DNA of 63,823 nucleotides, counting the filler, from Collodictyon triciliatum (lineage: Eukaryota), in assembly GCA_043381765.1 (NCBI GenBank). It is 4 parts of 4 records of this genome, joined end to end, with 100 filler letters (N's around TTAATTAATTAA, not from the genome) between each part and the next. Parts side by side here need not be neighbours in the genome. Positions count along the whole stretch, not along the records: positions 33,555 to 58,909 come from JBHJMP010000581.1; positions 59,010 to 63,823 come from JBHJMP010000607.1; 2 more parts are not named here. One strand, 5' to 3'. Positions within the stretch are counted from its first letter, which is position 1. Each line of letters begins with the position of its first letter. The notes beneath the pieces were generated by a model, which searched no databases, was not told the DNA's origin, and was given only the letters and a program-made list of their open reading frames with translations. The translations under genes were made by a program, and so were the position numbers. This document shows, one piece after another, positions 51,798-63,823 of the stretch.

Positions 51798-52029
51798 AAA
51801 CCGTGTCCTCTCAGAACACCGCGATTCTTTTGTGTTTATGGAGCCCATGCACAATGAAACATTGATGAGATACTTTTTTATCTTTTTTTTTTTTGCATCA
51901 TTGTCTCAATCTTTCGATACATAAAACCTCATTCACGCAATGGTGCTTTTCATCTTCTTGTTCGCGTCCCACAGTTTATTCTAGATGCGGAGGCGATTTT
52001 CTCGACTTTCTTTCTCCTAAAATGATATC

Positions 52030-52560
52030 AAAAAGAAACAAATTAGAAAATATCTCTTGGGTAGGACAAACACCCGCGGCCGTCTTGAGTGCCAGCCGAA
52101 GAATCTCGCTGGCTGTTTTGAGCGAAGGGGCATTGCACAAATGTGTACTCGATGGATCCATCATCTTTGTTGCAAAGTGTGGATTGTTGTGAAACTTCAC
52201 CGCTCTCTTGTGCTTAACATCACCAATAGGAAGTTATGGATAGGCACACGTGCGGCATAAGCTGGTGATTTTTTTTTCCTTTATTCGATTCAAAGTGCAA
52301 CAAGGTTATGCCATACAAAGCGGCGAGATAGGTGCGCATGGTAGAGAGCAAACGCGACTAAGAGAAGACACTACTGTGGAGATGCTAGCACTGGAAAGAA
52401 ATCAGTGATAGCGAGCTGGTCAAGAGAGCGGTGATTTGGAAGGACTTGCGGGGTTCATGCTTGTCTTCAGCTCGCGGTGAGCGGGGCGTGTGTGGTGCCT
52501 AGTGTTTCGATTTTTTGTAGGGCGTCGATGGTGGCAGGATTTTATATCCCGAGGTTTTGG
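52030..52560 (-). mobile_element. Rearranged, diverged LINE remnant containing a LINE 3' terminus with AATAAA-poly(A) (52269-52423)
   Basis: 52340-52423 matches the reverse complement of 49970-50048. HRSLVLNITNRKLWIG lies on + (52198-52250) while the zf-like segment (52100-52185) lies on -. Confidence 0.72.
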
Positions 52561-53101
52561 AGAGCATGCATTATAATTGTTTTTTTATTTCTACTTATGT
52601 GCGTCCTGATAAAATTTTGCAGTCACATACCTTACCTTACAAACAAGTGACCAAAATCATCTATCTTTCTATATATTGGATGACTGGACCATGTAAGAAC
52701 CATACAGCTTCTAGGTGATACAAGATCGGAGACATCAACACTCAAGGGAGACCGCGCGAAATGCTTTTCTTGTTATTTTTTCTTTTATTTTTTGGAACTG
52801 TTCCCTTCAGCATTTTTCTTAAAAGGATTTTTTGGAAAATTATTCTTATAGATAAGAAATGAAGTAAGGCTGCTCAGAAAATGGCGCTTTGTATATGCGT
52901 ATCATATATGTTTAAATTAAAATATAAGGTCGAAATAAAGCAAAATGGGAGTGGAAATTCGACCAAATGGATACTAATATCAGAGGAGCAAAGAAACCTA
53001 AATTATCATTTTGGTTTCCTGTCTCTTGAAATAACATTTGAATTAAAAAGGGAAAAAAGTGGGGAAAAATTCACTGGATGATATCGGAAGTCAATGCCGT
53101 C

Positions 53102-56100
53102 TCAAGAATCATCATCTCCGGTATTTGTGATTCTTATTTCATCAGTCTTGTCATATAATGATTGAAACCGAGGTGCTGCACTGTCCTTCACTTTTTGTTT
53201 TTCATAAGGTGTGTGCCAGGGTCTTTTCTTCTCGGACAAAGAATGTGTTCTTGCTGCAAGGATTGGGGAATTTTTCCCAGTGTTGGGCGATACAGCTTCA
53301 TGGATGGCCGGTGAGCTCACTGTGTTATAGTAAAGTGAACGACCGCCAAGATCAACCAAGATTCTCTTAAGGACAAGCAACTCATCAACAGATCGCGTTT
53401 CCAATTCATAGTCATCCTTGTTAATCTTGAGTCGAAATCTCTTTGGTTTCACTGGATCAACTATCATTTGTACTTGGTCCATGGTAGCCTTGCTCTTTGT
53501 CTTTCCAGATTTTCTAAGCTTGACCCTAGTTTGGTCAATTATGATTAATGTTCGTTCTTTCTTACGGTTTCCTTGCACATAGCAAATAAATTCATTCATA
53601 TATGTGCTGCTTTCATCGCCTCCAGTGTCTACCAGAGTCACAGAGTTGATTAATTTTGGATGGAGGCTGTGAACTGACTCTTCGATGTTGGAAAAATCAT
53701 GGGGTGATGATGATGACTTTGATCCTGTGGGGATGGTAAAAGGCCTGGAGAATGTAAAAGACCCTCTCTTACTGCCACTTTTGCTTGAACCTGCAGTGGG
53801 GCTAGATGTGTTTGACGAAATAGACACCCTCGAATTAGATGATTTTGAACGTGCTCTATCGCTTTCTGCATTGGAATCATTTAATGCATCCTCAGCGGGC
53901 TCTTTCTTACTAGAGGACCTTGGTTTCTTGTCCACCATGCTCCCTATCGATGCATCATGCATATCTGATGAAAAAGACTCCATGTCATCTGTCGCCACAC
54001 GAGAGATTTGCTCCTCATGATGTGCATCTTGTTTTGTAAATCTAGTGTTCCCAGCTGTCTCTATTTCTTGTATTTCTATATTGAGTACTTCCAGCAGACT
54101 CAATACTAAGTTCTTTTGCAACTGAGATGCAAAATACAGCTGATAACCTTTATCCCTGCTAAAATGGAGAAAAAAATGACCTTTCTGTTCGGCAGATGTC
54201 TTGGACTCTGACAAACTTGGCAGAAAAACCTTCGGGTAATACTCTCCATACTGTATTTTATCAAAAGTTTTTTCTTGTCTCCGGATTTTGATTTTATAAA
54301 GTCCGATTCGTAGGCTCCATCCTGTTTTATCAACTGCGGGCGATTCTTTGCCGCTCACTTGGGGGGTGAGTGCCTCCAGTGATATTGATAAAAATACATT
54401 CTTACTCCATTTCTTCACCGTGCTTTCTTTTGTATAAATAAACAACTCGCCTTCAGGGTCGCTCTGGTCTGCTCTTTCATCATGTTTCGTTCCAAGTCCT
54501 GGTTTTGATTTGGAAGTTTCTGCTGCCCATACAGATTTGCTGGATCCTCTGGGGATCTCAGACTCCTTTTTAAGTTTTATTTCCCTATGAAGAGAGGAAA
54601 ATACTTTTGTCAGGTAACCTATGTCCCCTAACTTTAGTGCAAGATGAAGTGGTGTGCTCTTCGTCGAATCCATAGCCTGTGGATTTGCACCTAGTTTTAA
54701 GAGGCATATCGTGGCATTGGAAGATCCGTTTAAGGCAGCTGCATGAAGGGGAGTTGACCCAACAACCAAGTACTTTGTAGGGCCCGTTGTTTTGGCATCA
54801 TAATCTGGATTTATTCCAAATTTTCCTAGTCGTAGTAGTGCATCATCCATATTCGCGAATGCTGCAAGGTGGAAAATAGTAAGCCCATTTTGATCAGTGG
54901 CATTGGAATTAGTTAGCTCTGGAAGGCTTCGAGAAATTTTTGCTTCAAAGTAATCTATTAAAAAATGAACCAATGACTTGTGACCATAGGCTAAGGCTAG
55001 CATTATCGGTGTTCTTTGAAGTTGGTCCTTGACATCGAAGGCGCATCCTTCGGCTAATATATGTGAAACCATTGCAACAGACCCGGATATGCACGCCCAA
55101 TGCAGACAGGTTCTTCGGAGCTGGTCCGTGGTATTTAAAATAGAGGGAAACGAGTGATGTAAAACTTCAAGACATAAAACATTGCCTCTTGAAGACGCGC
55201 AATGCGCAGCAGAAATGCCTTGTCTGCCTCCGTGTATGATAGCATCTAAATAATTTTCATTTTTTGTTGTTTCAAGTACAGGGGATAGCGATTTCGTGGC
55301 TGTTTTCTCGTCCATTTTTTGGTGACTGCCTTGAAAAGTGACATCACCTTCGGTTTGATGAGATGATATCGGAGAGTGCCCTGTTGCCTTCTTTAGAATA
55401 AGAGAAACTGTCGTTGGTTGGTTATAAATGCAGGCATAATGAAGGGCACTCCAGCCATCGAAGTCCTTACTGAAGATGTCGGTGTTCCTATCAATCAAGA
55501 ACTTGCATATATCTGTATGGCCATTCATAATGCTGTGCATTAATACTGTCGTAGAGCGGGCATCACAATCATTTGCGTCTGCGCCAGCGTTATAGAGTAA
55601 ATGCATCATTTTCAAATCACCTTTCACTGACGCCCAGATAAATGGGCTACAACCTTCAGAATCCTTGAAATTTAGCATGGATTGTGTAAACTCGTCGAGA
55701 TGCCTACTCGACAAGCTCTTGCTTGACATGTTTGTTTCTATTATGGAGCTAGAAGTAGATATTGCCTCAGACTTTGCAGATAGAATGTCCCATTTGTTTG
55801 AGAAGGATTTCCTCATAGAGGTTGATAAATCGTAGGGCGTTTCACTTTGATGGTAAAGACCAGGGGGTTCTAACAGCGCTTCTACCGTTTCACACGATCC
55901 GCTATACACAGCCCAGTGAAGTGGTATAGTTCTCTGGTTGTTATACAGCATCGGATCAGCTCGAAGGGAGAGTAAGAATTTGACCATTTCAGAATTTCCC
56001 TTCTTTGCTGCATAATGCAAGGGACTGAACCCATGCTCATCTTGATCCGAGAGTCTTCCACCGTTCTCAATAACGAATTTTACCTCTTCGTAACGATTGG

Positions 56101-58005
56101 AACTGACAAGCCAAAATATAGGGGTCTTCTTGTGCTCATCACAGTAATTGATATTCGCTCCATGCCCCAACAATATACGAGCAGTTTCGATGTTACCACT
56201 TTTAATTTATGTTAAATGATTAGAGTTTCATATGTGCTTATGATGATTTTATTATTATTTATATATTGAAACTTTATTTTTTTGGAAGTTTATAAAAAAA
56301 TTTAAATTGGTAAAGACAGCCAATAATCATAATAAGTGCAATAAAATATTATGGAAGAATGGGGAAGCTTGTTGATGTATTACTTCATGAGCGCCCTTAG
56401 TAAAGGGGTTGTTTTTGTGTTGGGGTTCATTATATCCGGGGGTATTCCTGCTCGAATAATGTATTGAATGCATTCGTTAGCACCAAATAATGATGCGCGG
56501 TGTATAAGTGAATATTGATTTCCATCGACAGAAGTAATCTTGTCGTAAAGGGTTAGTAAAAACTTGAATGAATCTAGGTCATTTCCTTGTATAGCAATAT
56601 GAATGGGCTTGAGCCCAGTGCCACCAGATAGGCGAAGATCCCTGCCTGAGTCTGAAAAGTATCTTAGCATATGAGTATGCTTACATTTTGCTGCCAAGAA
56701 AATAGGAGTGTCTCCTTTGCTGTCAAGCGTGACAAAAGGAAGGTGCTAAAAAAAAAAAAAAGGGGTGGGGGGGGGGGGGGAGGGTGCGAGTGTTGTTCAC
56801 CACATAAACATAATGGATCATTGGACTTGTGTCATCCGCAAGGTNNNNNNNNNNNNNNNNNNNNNNNNNNNNNNNNNNNNNNNNNNNNNNNNNNNNNNNN
56901 NNNNNNNNNNNNNNNNNNNNNNNNNNNNNNNNNNNNNNNNNNNNAAAAAAAAAAAAAAAAAGGGGGGGGGGGGGAAGGGGGTAAGGGTTGATTACTTCAA
57001 AAAAATTAGGCTTTAATTTGGTTTATTTGGTATGAATCTGAAAACTAAATAAAAAATGACTGCATCTTTGGAAACTAAATGTGTAAACTGAACATACGGA
57101 TCCATATGGATATATTTCATTCATCTTTGTTTCCAGCATGCGAAAACATTCTAACTGACCAGCAGCTGCAGCGCAATGGAAGACAGAGTATCCACTTGAC
57201 ATACTTTCGATAGCAACACGATTGGCAAACTTCAACACCTGGTGAAGTAAATCGGGTTTCCCAAGGACAGCGAGCATGTGCAATATGTCAGGGTTGAAAT
57301 ACTCTGTAAATATTTCTGGGAGGGAATTGAAGGGGAAAATGATATTATGAATAAAATTTTATTGCTCAATTATTTAAAACTTATGTGTGTGTGTTTTTTT
57401 TTTTTACATGTTGTTACTATGCATTGTGATGTTTAGTTGCATGATAAAGAAAATATCACAAATGGGGTATACTAAGAAAAAAAATTGAACATGTTTATTT
57501 TATGAATGAGTCGAAGTTAAATTCTGCTCTCGATGTTTCGTAGCAAGGTAGAATTCAGACCTTTTGTATCTGTATTTCTCGTGGCAACTTCAATGATGAG
57601 CTTTAGTGTGTCTACATGTCCCATAAGGATGGCGCGATCGGCTGCCTTCATACCAGTGACATCTTTGTGAAGTAAAGATTTTTGTTGCCTCTTTTTGGAT
57701 AGTAAAACCCTCATGTGTGTACAGAGTCCATAATGTGCTAAAATGTGCACTTTAAGGAATCCAGAGGGCTCGATCAACTGATCCAAATGACCGGAAATGC
57801 CTTCTTCGTCGATGGCTTCTTGTTTTCCCAACTCCATCGCTTCGTCCTTCCATGAACCAAAAGAGGTTTTCCAGGAGCTTGTCTTAGTTGCGTTCATGAT
57901 CGATGGCATGGCAAAGGACTCATAGGGGAAGCGATCTGTGTCTGGATCTGCCGAGGTAATGTCACGGCCATCTGTTGGGCTAGGGTCAAATCCAGCTCGC
58001 TCCAT
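53102..58005 (-). CDS. Large ankyrin-repeat protein with two C-terminal PH-like segments, 4 exons
   Basis: Many ankyrin motifs (SPLHYAA, IPLHWAV, TPLHAAA, TPLHLAL); exons join in phase (LMN|GNIETARILLGHGAN); last exon over 1000 aa. Confidence 0.88.
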
Positions 58006-58909
58006 GGGCTATGAGACTAATAAAGAACAAACAGATAAACAAAACAAAACAAAACAAAACAAAACAAAAAAAAGAAATTACAGAGAAGCAGAATAGTCAG
58101 GAGAGGCTTCCGGGAGGCTGTGTTGGGAAGTGGGAATTAGGCAAGGGCCAGAGAAGAAAACTGAAAAGAAAAGGCAAAGATGTCGAGTGCCTTTGGGTCT
58201 TTTGTGTGGGTTTGTTTTGTATGGTTGCGTCTTTGACCAGTCTCAAGTAAGGAAGAGATAGATGGGACATGCACCTTGTGTGTAGGAAGGAGGGCGATCT
58301 GTATGGGCAGCAGTTGCAAGCAAAGGTCTAGTCTATTAAAGTCGAAAGCAGCGGTAGGCTCACAAAGACCGGAAGCAAACGAGGCGATCGTGTTCTTTAT
58401 GTCCACCGCTTTGTAAACTTCTGTTTCCAATAATGGGATAATGACATCCGAAACGGCGAAGCGGTTGGCGCAAGCACATATTCGGTGGTGCTACGAGGTG
58501 GGTGTAGAATGAGCGCTTGATGGACTTGACTTTTCTGGTCGAGTTTTTCAATTTTTTATTTTCAATTTTCTATTGATATATCTGTATTAGGATCACAGAG
58601 AAAAGAGGAAAAAAATCCATGAAAGGTGATAAAACATATAATTTCTATATTTTCCATATTAGAACACAACGGACTTGCAATTTTCCTATGGCACATGTCA
58701 ACACAAGTCTGTTGCGATCAGATTCATCGGCAGCCGACTCCCGCACAGCCACACACCCGCCCATAGAAACGAAGAGAGGGGCCGCTAAAAACAAACAAAC
58801 ACGCAAACAGATTGATAAACAGAAAAAAAAAAAAAAAAAAAAAAAAAAAACGAAATATTATTTTTTTTTCCTTTTTGAACCAACCCTTTTTTTTTTTTTT
58901 TTTTTTTTT

Positions 58910-59009
58910 NNNNNNNNNNNNNNNNNNNNNNNNNNNNNNNNNNNNNNNNNNNNTTAATTAATTAANNNNNNNNNNNNNNNNNNNNNNNNNNNNNNNNNNN
59001 NNNNNNNNN
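58910..59009. other. Artificial scaffold-joining linker N44-TTAATTAATTAA-N44
   Basis: 12-mer at 58954-58965. Confidence 0.95.
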
Positions 59010-61023
59010 GTGGACATGAAGCTGTGAGCGCCTGGGAGAACGACGATGGTGGTGAGATTAGCGGGAATCATGATGACAGTCACAAAGACGATGATGATAT
59101 TGGTGGCTCAATATGGGGAGAAGATAATGATGACAACGAAGGTGATGGTAGTGACGATAATGAGACCACGGCCATGAATTCAACACGTCAGAGGCGATTG
59201 ATTAGTCGCACTCGGGCAATGAGCCGAATACAAGAGGAGAGAAGCAGCAGTGACCAACATGAGGCCGAGGGAAGTGGAATCGGGACCGCAGAGTTAGTTA
59301 GCCTGATCTATGCAAAGCATGATGCACGAAGACATGTTTGTATCCATTCTATCTACCGTTTGTTTTGACCTTGGATTCACTCGTCCTTCCTCATATATGT
59401 AGGCAGTTTAACATGAATGTCGTTTGTTGGTTACTATCGATACTATTTGACATTTTGTTAAAGTATTTCACAAAAGATTTACCTGCCATTTCCACACCGG
59501 GTGTACATATGAATAGGAGCTGATTAGACAGAACAGAATGAAGCTTGCGAAGTTCCTATCAAGAAGTGTCCAATCTCGCACCACATTGTTTCCGGCCAGA
59601 CCGAGTAGATGGGACCAACAACCAGGTATGCACGTAAACTATTCCATACTCACACCTTAAGTGGATAGTGTGCAAGATAATTTTAGATCAATTTGGGTTG
59701 TCAATACATGAAACTGAGCCTTTTCTTTTGCGTGGTATGCAAGAGATGACGCCTTTGCTGATGCTTGTAGTTTAAAATAAAAAAGCGGTCAATTCATATT
59801 TTCACGCCCACCACCTAGATTCATTATTGGCTCACTCTCACCACAACCGAAGAAAAGATAGCACTGAACCACCCCCCGAGATGATATTAAGAATGACACA
59901 TGAGATACCAAGAGGCACAACATGGACAAAAGTCATTCGGAGCGTACCAGTAATACATTTTGCTTCACCCTCGTTTTGAATGTCTGGTTTCTCCTCAAAC
60001 ATTCCGTTGTTGAATGTTATGAATCGTTTTAGAATGCTACGATGTTTTATTTGGTTACGTGATGTCTGTTAGCAAAAGGATCCATCGAGTATATTATGAT
60101 GTTCAATTGGAATTGTCATTATTAAATGTTATTGTCACACATGTACCATCTAGAAGAACCTGTCGATGAGCATTATTTATTTTAATCTAGGTCAAAGAGC
60201 AAAAAACGTTGGGCTTTTCTCTAGAGGAGGAGTATGATCCATATAACGAACTAACCACGAAAGATATTGGAACATGTAAGTGATAATGTCTCATATAGCA
60301 GATTGTAGCTGAATAAAACACCACTCTACATCAACAGTCAATTTAAAAATATCAAATAACTTCTCTTTATATTATACAATTATCGTTTATTCTGTTCCGG
60401 CGGGGTAGTAATAGCTGATATAAACATTTTCTAGATGTCGGAGACGAATTAGATGATGATTATGCTAGAGATGAATCTATCAAAGAGTTATTTCCAATTG
60501 AAATTGGTGATCAAAATACATGCATGCATTTGAGTCAAGTATCTAACTATGCACGGATAGGTGCTGACTCTTCCGTGAAAAGAATAGGAAAACGGTTCTA
60601 AACTATTTAATATATTCAATGCCCTAAAATATCGTAAAGTTTGAGGATAAAGAACATCTTTCTGGGAAATGTTCTAAACCAAATTAATAATACTGGAATT
60701 TAGATGGCTCTATTTGAAAGAAGCTGAAATGAGCCATCAAAAAATCGTAGAGCCTGTTTCGTACGTTGGTATCTTATAGCAAACTACAATCGAATACATT
60801 TTTTTTTTTTTGCTATTTCTTTTTTTATATAATTCTTTTTGTATTGGCTATAATATTACATAGGAAACCAGAGAATTACATGAGCTCAATAAGGTAAATA
60901 TGAAGGTTCTCTCATGACAATGAACAAAACAACAACAACAACAAAAAACAACAACAAAAAACAACAACAAAAAACAACAACAAAAAACAACAACAAAAAA
61001 CAACAACAAAAAACAACAACAAA

Positions 61024-61056
<33 letters not shown>

Positions 61057-61751
61057 AAACAAAAACAAAAACAAAAACAAAAACAAAGAAAAAGACAAAG
61101 ACAAAGACAAAGACAAAGACAAAGACAAAGACAAAGACAAAGACAAAGACAAAAACAAAAAACAAAGAAAACAAAAACAAAAAAAACAGGAGTTAAAATT
61201 AGACTCTTCTTTTTCCCTCAGTTAATTGCAATTACCTAATATTATTACATTACCCTCTGCTCATGCATTACAGGACTCACTTCTGCATAATGTGTCTTAC
61301 TTATACGTGCCAGCATCATCCTTACATGACTGGCTATATGACAAAAGTTGAGCATTGGTCAAGAGTTGATCATGGTATTTTGGAAGAGGCAAGTTCTATG
61401 TATAATTATTCATTTCTTTTCAGTATATGATTTTCGTAATGTCTCTCACATATATCCTTTGAGTAATCAGACGAGAATGTATGGATGTCAACCCATAATA
61501 TATATATATGTAGCTTCAATAATAACTAACGATAATTCTTCTTCAATACAGTCTTTGAAGAAGCCTCCGCCAGAAGGTCTCTCTCTTTTCTTCAACATTA
61601 TATACCACTACTTTTTTTATGTAAAAAATAATAATGAAAGAATATAAGAAGAGCAAAAACGACGACAAATTAGAACCAGGCGTGTTTGATAGACTAAAAT
61701 TTAAGCAGTTGCTTAAATTGAAGTATAAAATAGAGGCGGAACAGTCCTAAC

Positions 61752-61825
<74 letters not shown>

Positions 61826-63362
61826 CAAATTACCTTCATGCGCGCTAGGTTGGACAAAAGACGAATGGGTTTTGTTACTGCGGGGGTTGGCTATATATCC
61901 CCAGACCGAATTAGCCTCTTTAAAGGATTTTGTTTTTACAAAGACCGTTGAAGATATTGCGGAATGTATCAAAAAGTACAACTTAACTGTAGAACCATTC
62001 CCAAACCCCCCAAAGAGGCCCCGCAATTTAAAATCTGGATACCAAGTTCATCTGCTTCGTCGGAACTTTGACTCGGATGCATCCACAAATACATACTTAC
62101 CATGCACACACTCTGGACCTTGCAAAGAGGATGAATGTCGGTGTCCCACATCGCATCACTTGTGCACAAAATTCTGCCGTTGCAGCCCTGATTGTCAATA
62201 TCGTTTTCAGGGATGTGTGTGCAAAGGCGATTGCCTGACTACAGGATGTCGCTGCTACTCGTATGGATTTGAATGCGACCCTGATTTATGTCAATGCGGG
62301 ACTAAATGTTCTACAAGTTGTATGAACCAGCAATTGCAAAGAAACAAGTAAGTCCTTTGTATTCCTGTTTAATCGACGAAGAGACAACAATGTATACCTT
62401 GTGCATATAAAGCCATGAGACGTGTACAATATCATCGAATCTTTGTGAAACTGAAAAAAAAAAAAAAAGGATTGAAAGAAATCAGTATTTTTTTTTTTAC
62501 CGAAGTCATTTCCCCTCTATAAAGGGTTCAATTTAATTCGACCATAGAGAGAAATGCCTTTATCTAGCCAAGTCAAACCTTCCGAATGCTGGATGGGGAA
62601 TATTCCTCGCTGAAAAGGCAGACAAAAACGAGTTGATTCAAGAGTACACTGGGGAGGTATACGTTCATGATTTTCAAGTATCTGAATCTATGTTAAGTTT
62701 GATACTTCACATACGCTCTCTTTTTTTCTTATGCTATTAGAAGTACCTTCCAATAATGATTTGAATATTTCTCCTTTAAGCTCCATATAAATTATATTAT
62801 CTAAAAACTGTGTCTTTTTTATTTTTTTTTGTTCATTTTGAATAGCTTCTTCCCAATCCCGAGTCTGAGCGTCGTGGAGTGATATATGCCATTATCAAGA
62901 GAAACTATATTTTTGGACTTACCGAGGAGCATGACATAGATGCCGCTTATTTAGGAAGCGAGGTTACAATTTCTGACACGTATTGTTGTTTGTATTCATG
63001 CACGCCTCTTTGTGAACGAATTCATGATATTGAGCTAATAATTAGGTACGGTTTGCCAACCATTCCATGCGCGGAACATGCCACCCACGTCGGTTGTTTG
63101 TTGCCGGAAAATACAGAATCGGAATTTACGCATCAAGGTTAGGGGATGCAGTTCCTGTTAGATTAATGCGCGCGAACAAATATGATTTTATCATAAGCCA
63201 TGTATTGGATGATTACTCGTGCTCCAGGCGACCATGAACGCTAACTCACCAAACGTCCTTGTATTTCTTGTACATCACAGAAACCTTAGGATTGGAGACG
63301 AGGTTCTATTCGACTATGACTACGCGGAGGAACATCGAAAACACTACGGAATTCATGGATAA
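59010..63362 (+). CDS. EZH2: Enhancer of zeste-like histone H3K27 methyltransferase (CXC + SET), 5'-truncated, multi-exon
   Basis: Y.PC.H.GPC...C.C......CTKFC.CSPDC..RF.GC.C...C.T..C.CY....ECDPDLC CXC domain; SET AGWGIF..EYTGE, ESERRG.IY, IDA..LG..VRFANHS, RIGIYA, GDEVLFDY; stop 63360-63362. 5' exons are uncertain. Confidence 0.9.
60926..61187. repeat. Compound intronic microsatellite (AAC)n/(AAAAAC)n/(AAAGAC)n
   Basis: Read directly. Confidence 0.95.
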
Positions 63363-63704
63363 AAACCACCTTCCAAAGAACGGGCTGGTTGTCTATTGTC
63401 GTGACGAAAAAGAGAGCACTCATAATTTCCACATATAGACAGAAGATAATTAGGCACTGGCGTTTCCTTGCGATCTTTCGTTTTCCAGCAACCCGGAACA
63501 GAAAGTCTGCAGGAAGCAAAAGGCTGGGTTGTGTTTCCACTTTTCTCGTTCTCTTCGTTGTTTGTTCTTTACAGCAAATAGTGTGTGCACAAAAAAGTAA
63601 AGTAACACATAACAAGATAAAGTAAAACTTATCACTTGCTACTGGATAACGGTATGCCTCGCAAGACACGCAGATAATTATGTAAACCAAACTATTCAAA
63701 AAGT

Positions 63705-63815
63705 AAACAAATAAACAAATAAACAAATAAACAAATAAACAAATAAACAAATAAACAAATAAACAAATAAACAAATAAACAAATAAACAAATAAACAAAT
63801 AAACAAATAAACAAA
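63705..63815. repeat. (AAACAAAT)n repeat
   Basis: Read directly. Confidence 0.95.
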
Positions 63816-63823
63816 AAAAGAAA

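Overview
AT-rich, intron-rich eukaryotic (protist-like; organism not identifiable from sequence alone) genomic DNA. The window is four scaffolds joined by artificial N44-TTAATTAATTAA-N44 linkers (1-23039, 23140-33454, 33555-58909, 59010-63823). Spliced genes reconstructed by hand: SUGP1, an N-myristoylated orphan, TAM41, mitochondrial uS17, RRP15, SmF, NSRP1 (two frame disruptions), an LRR + Cys-rich + multi-TM receptor, RME-8/DNAJC13 (3'-truncated), a two-domain membrane nucleotidyl cyclase, fumarase, an ankyrin protein and an E(z)/EZH2-like SET protein (5'-truncated). There are also intronless alpha-arrestin and polytopic membrane genes. Mobile DNA is the most interesting layer. It includes a decayed Fanzor1 (eukaryotic TnpB-like) ORF cut by a LINE fragment, several L1/Tx1-like LINE remnants, and a short poly(A) retroposon with 15-bp TSDs at similar target sites. 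There is also a family of 20-30 bp LINE-tail insertions lying antisense in introns, two of which duplicate a 5' splice site whose second copy has lost its GT. All family assignments rest on recalled motifs, not database searches.
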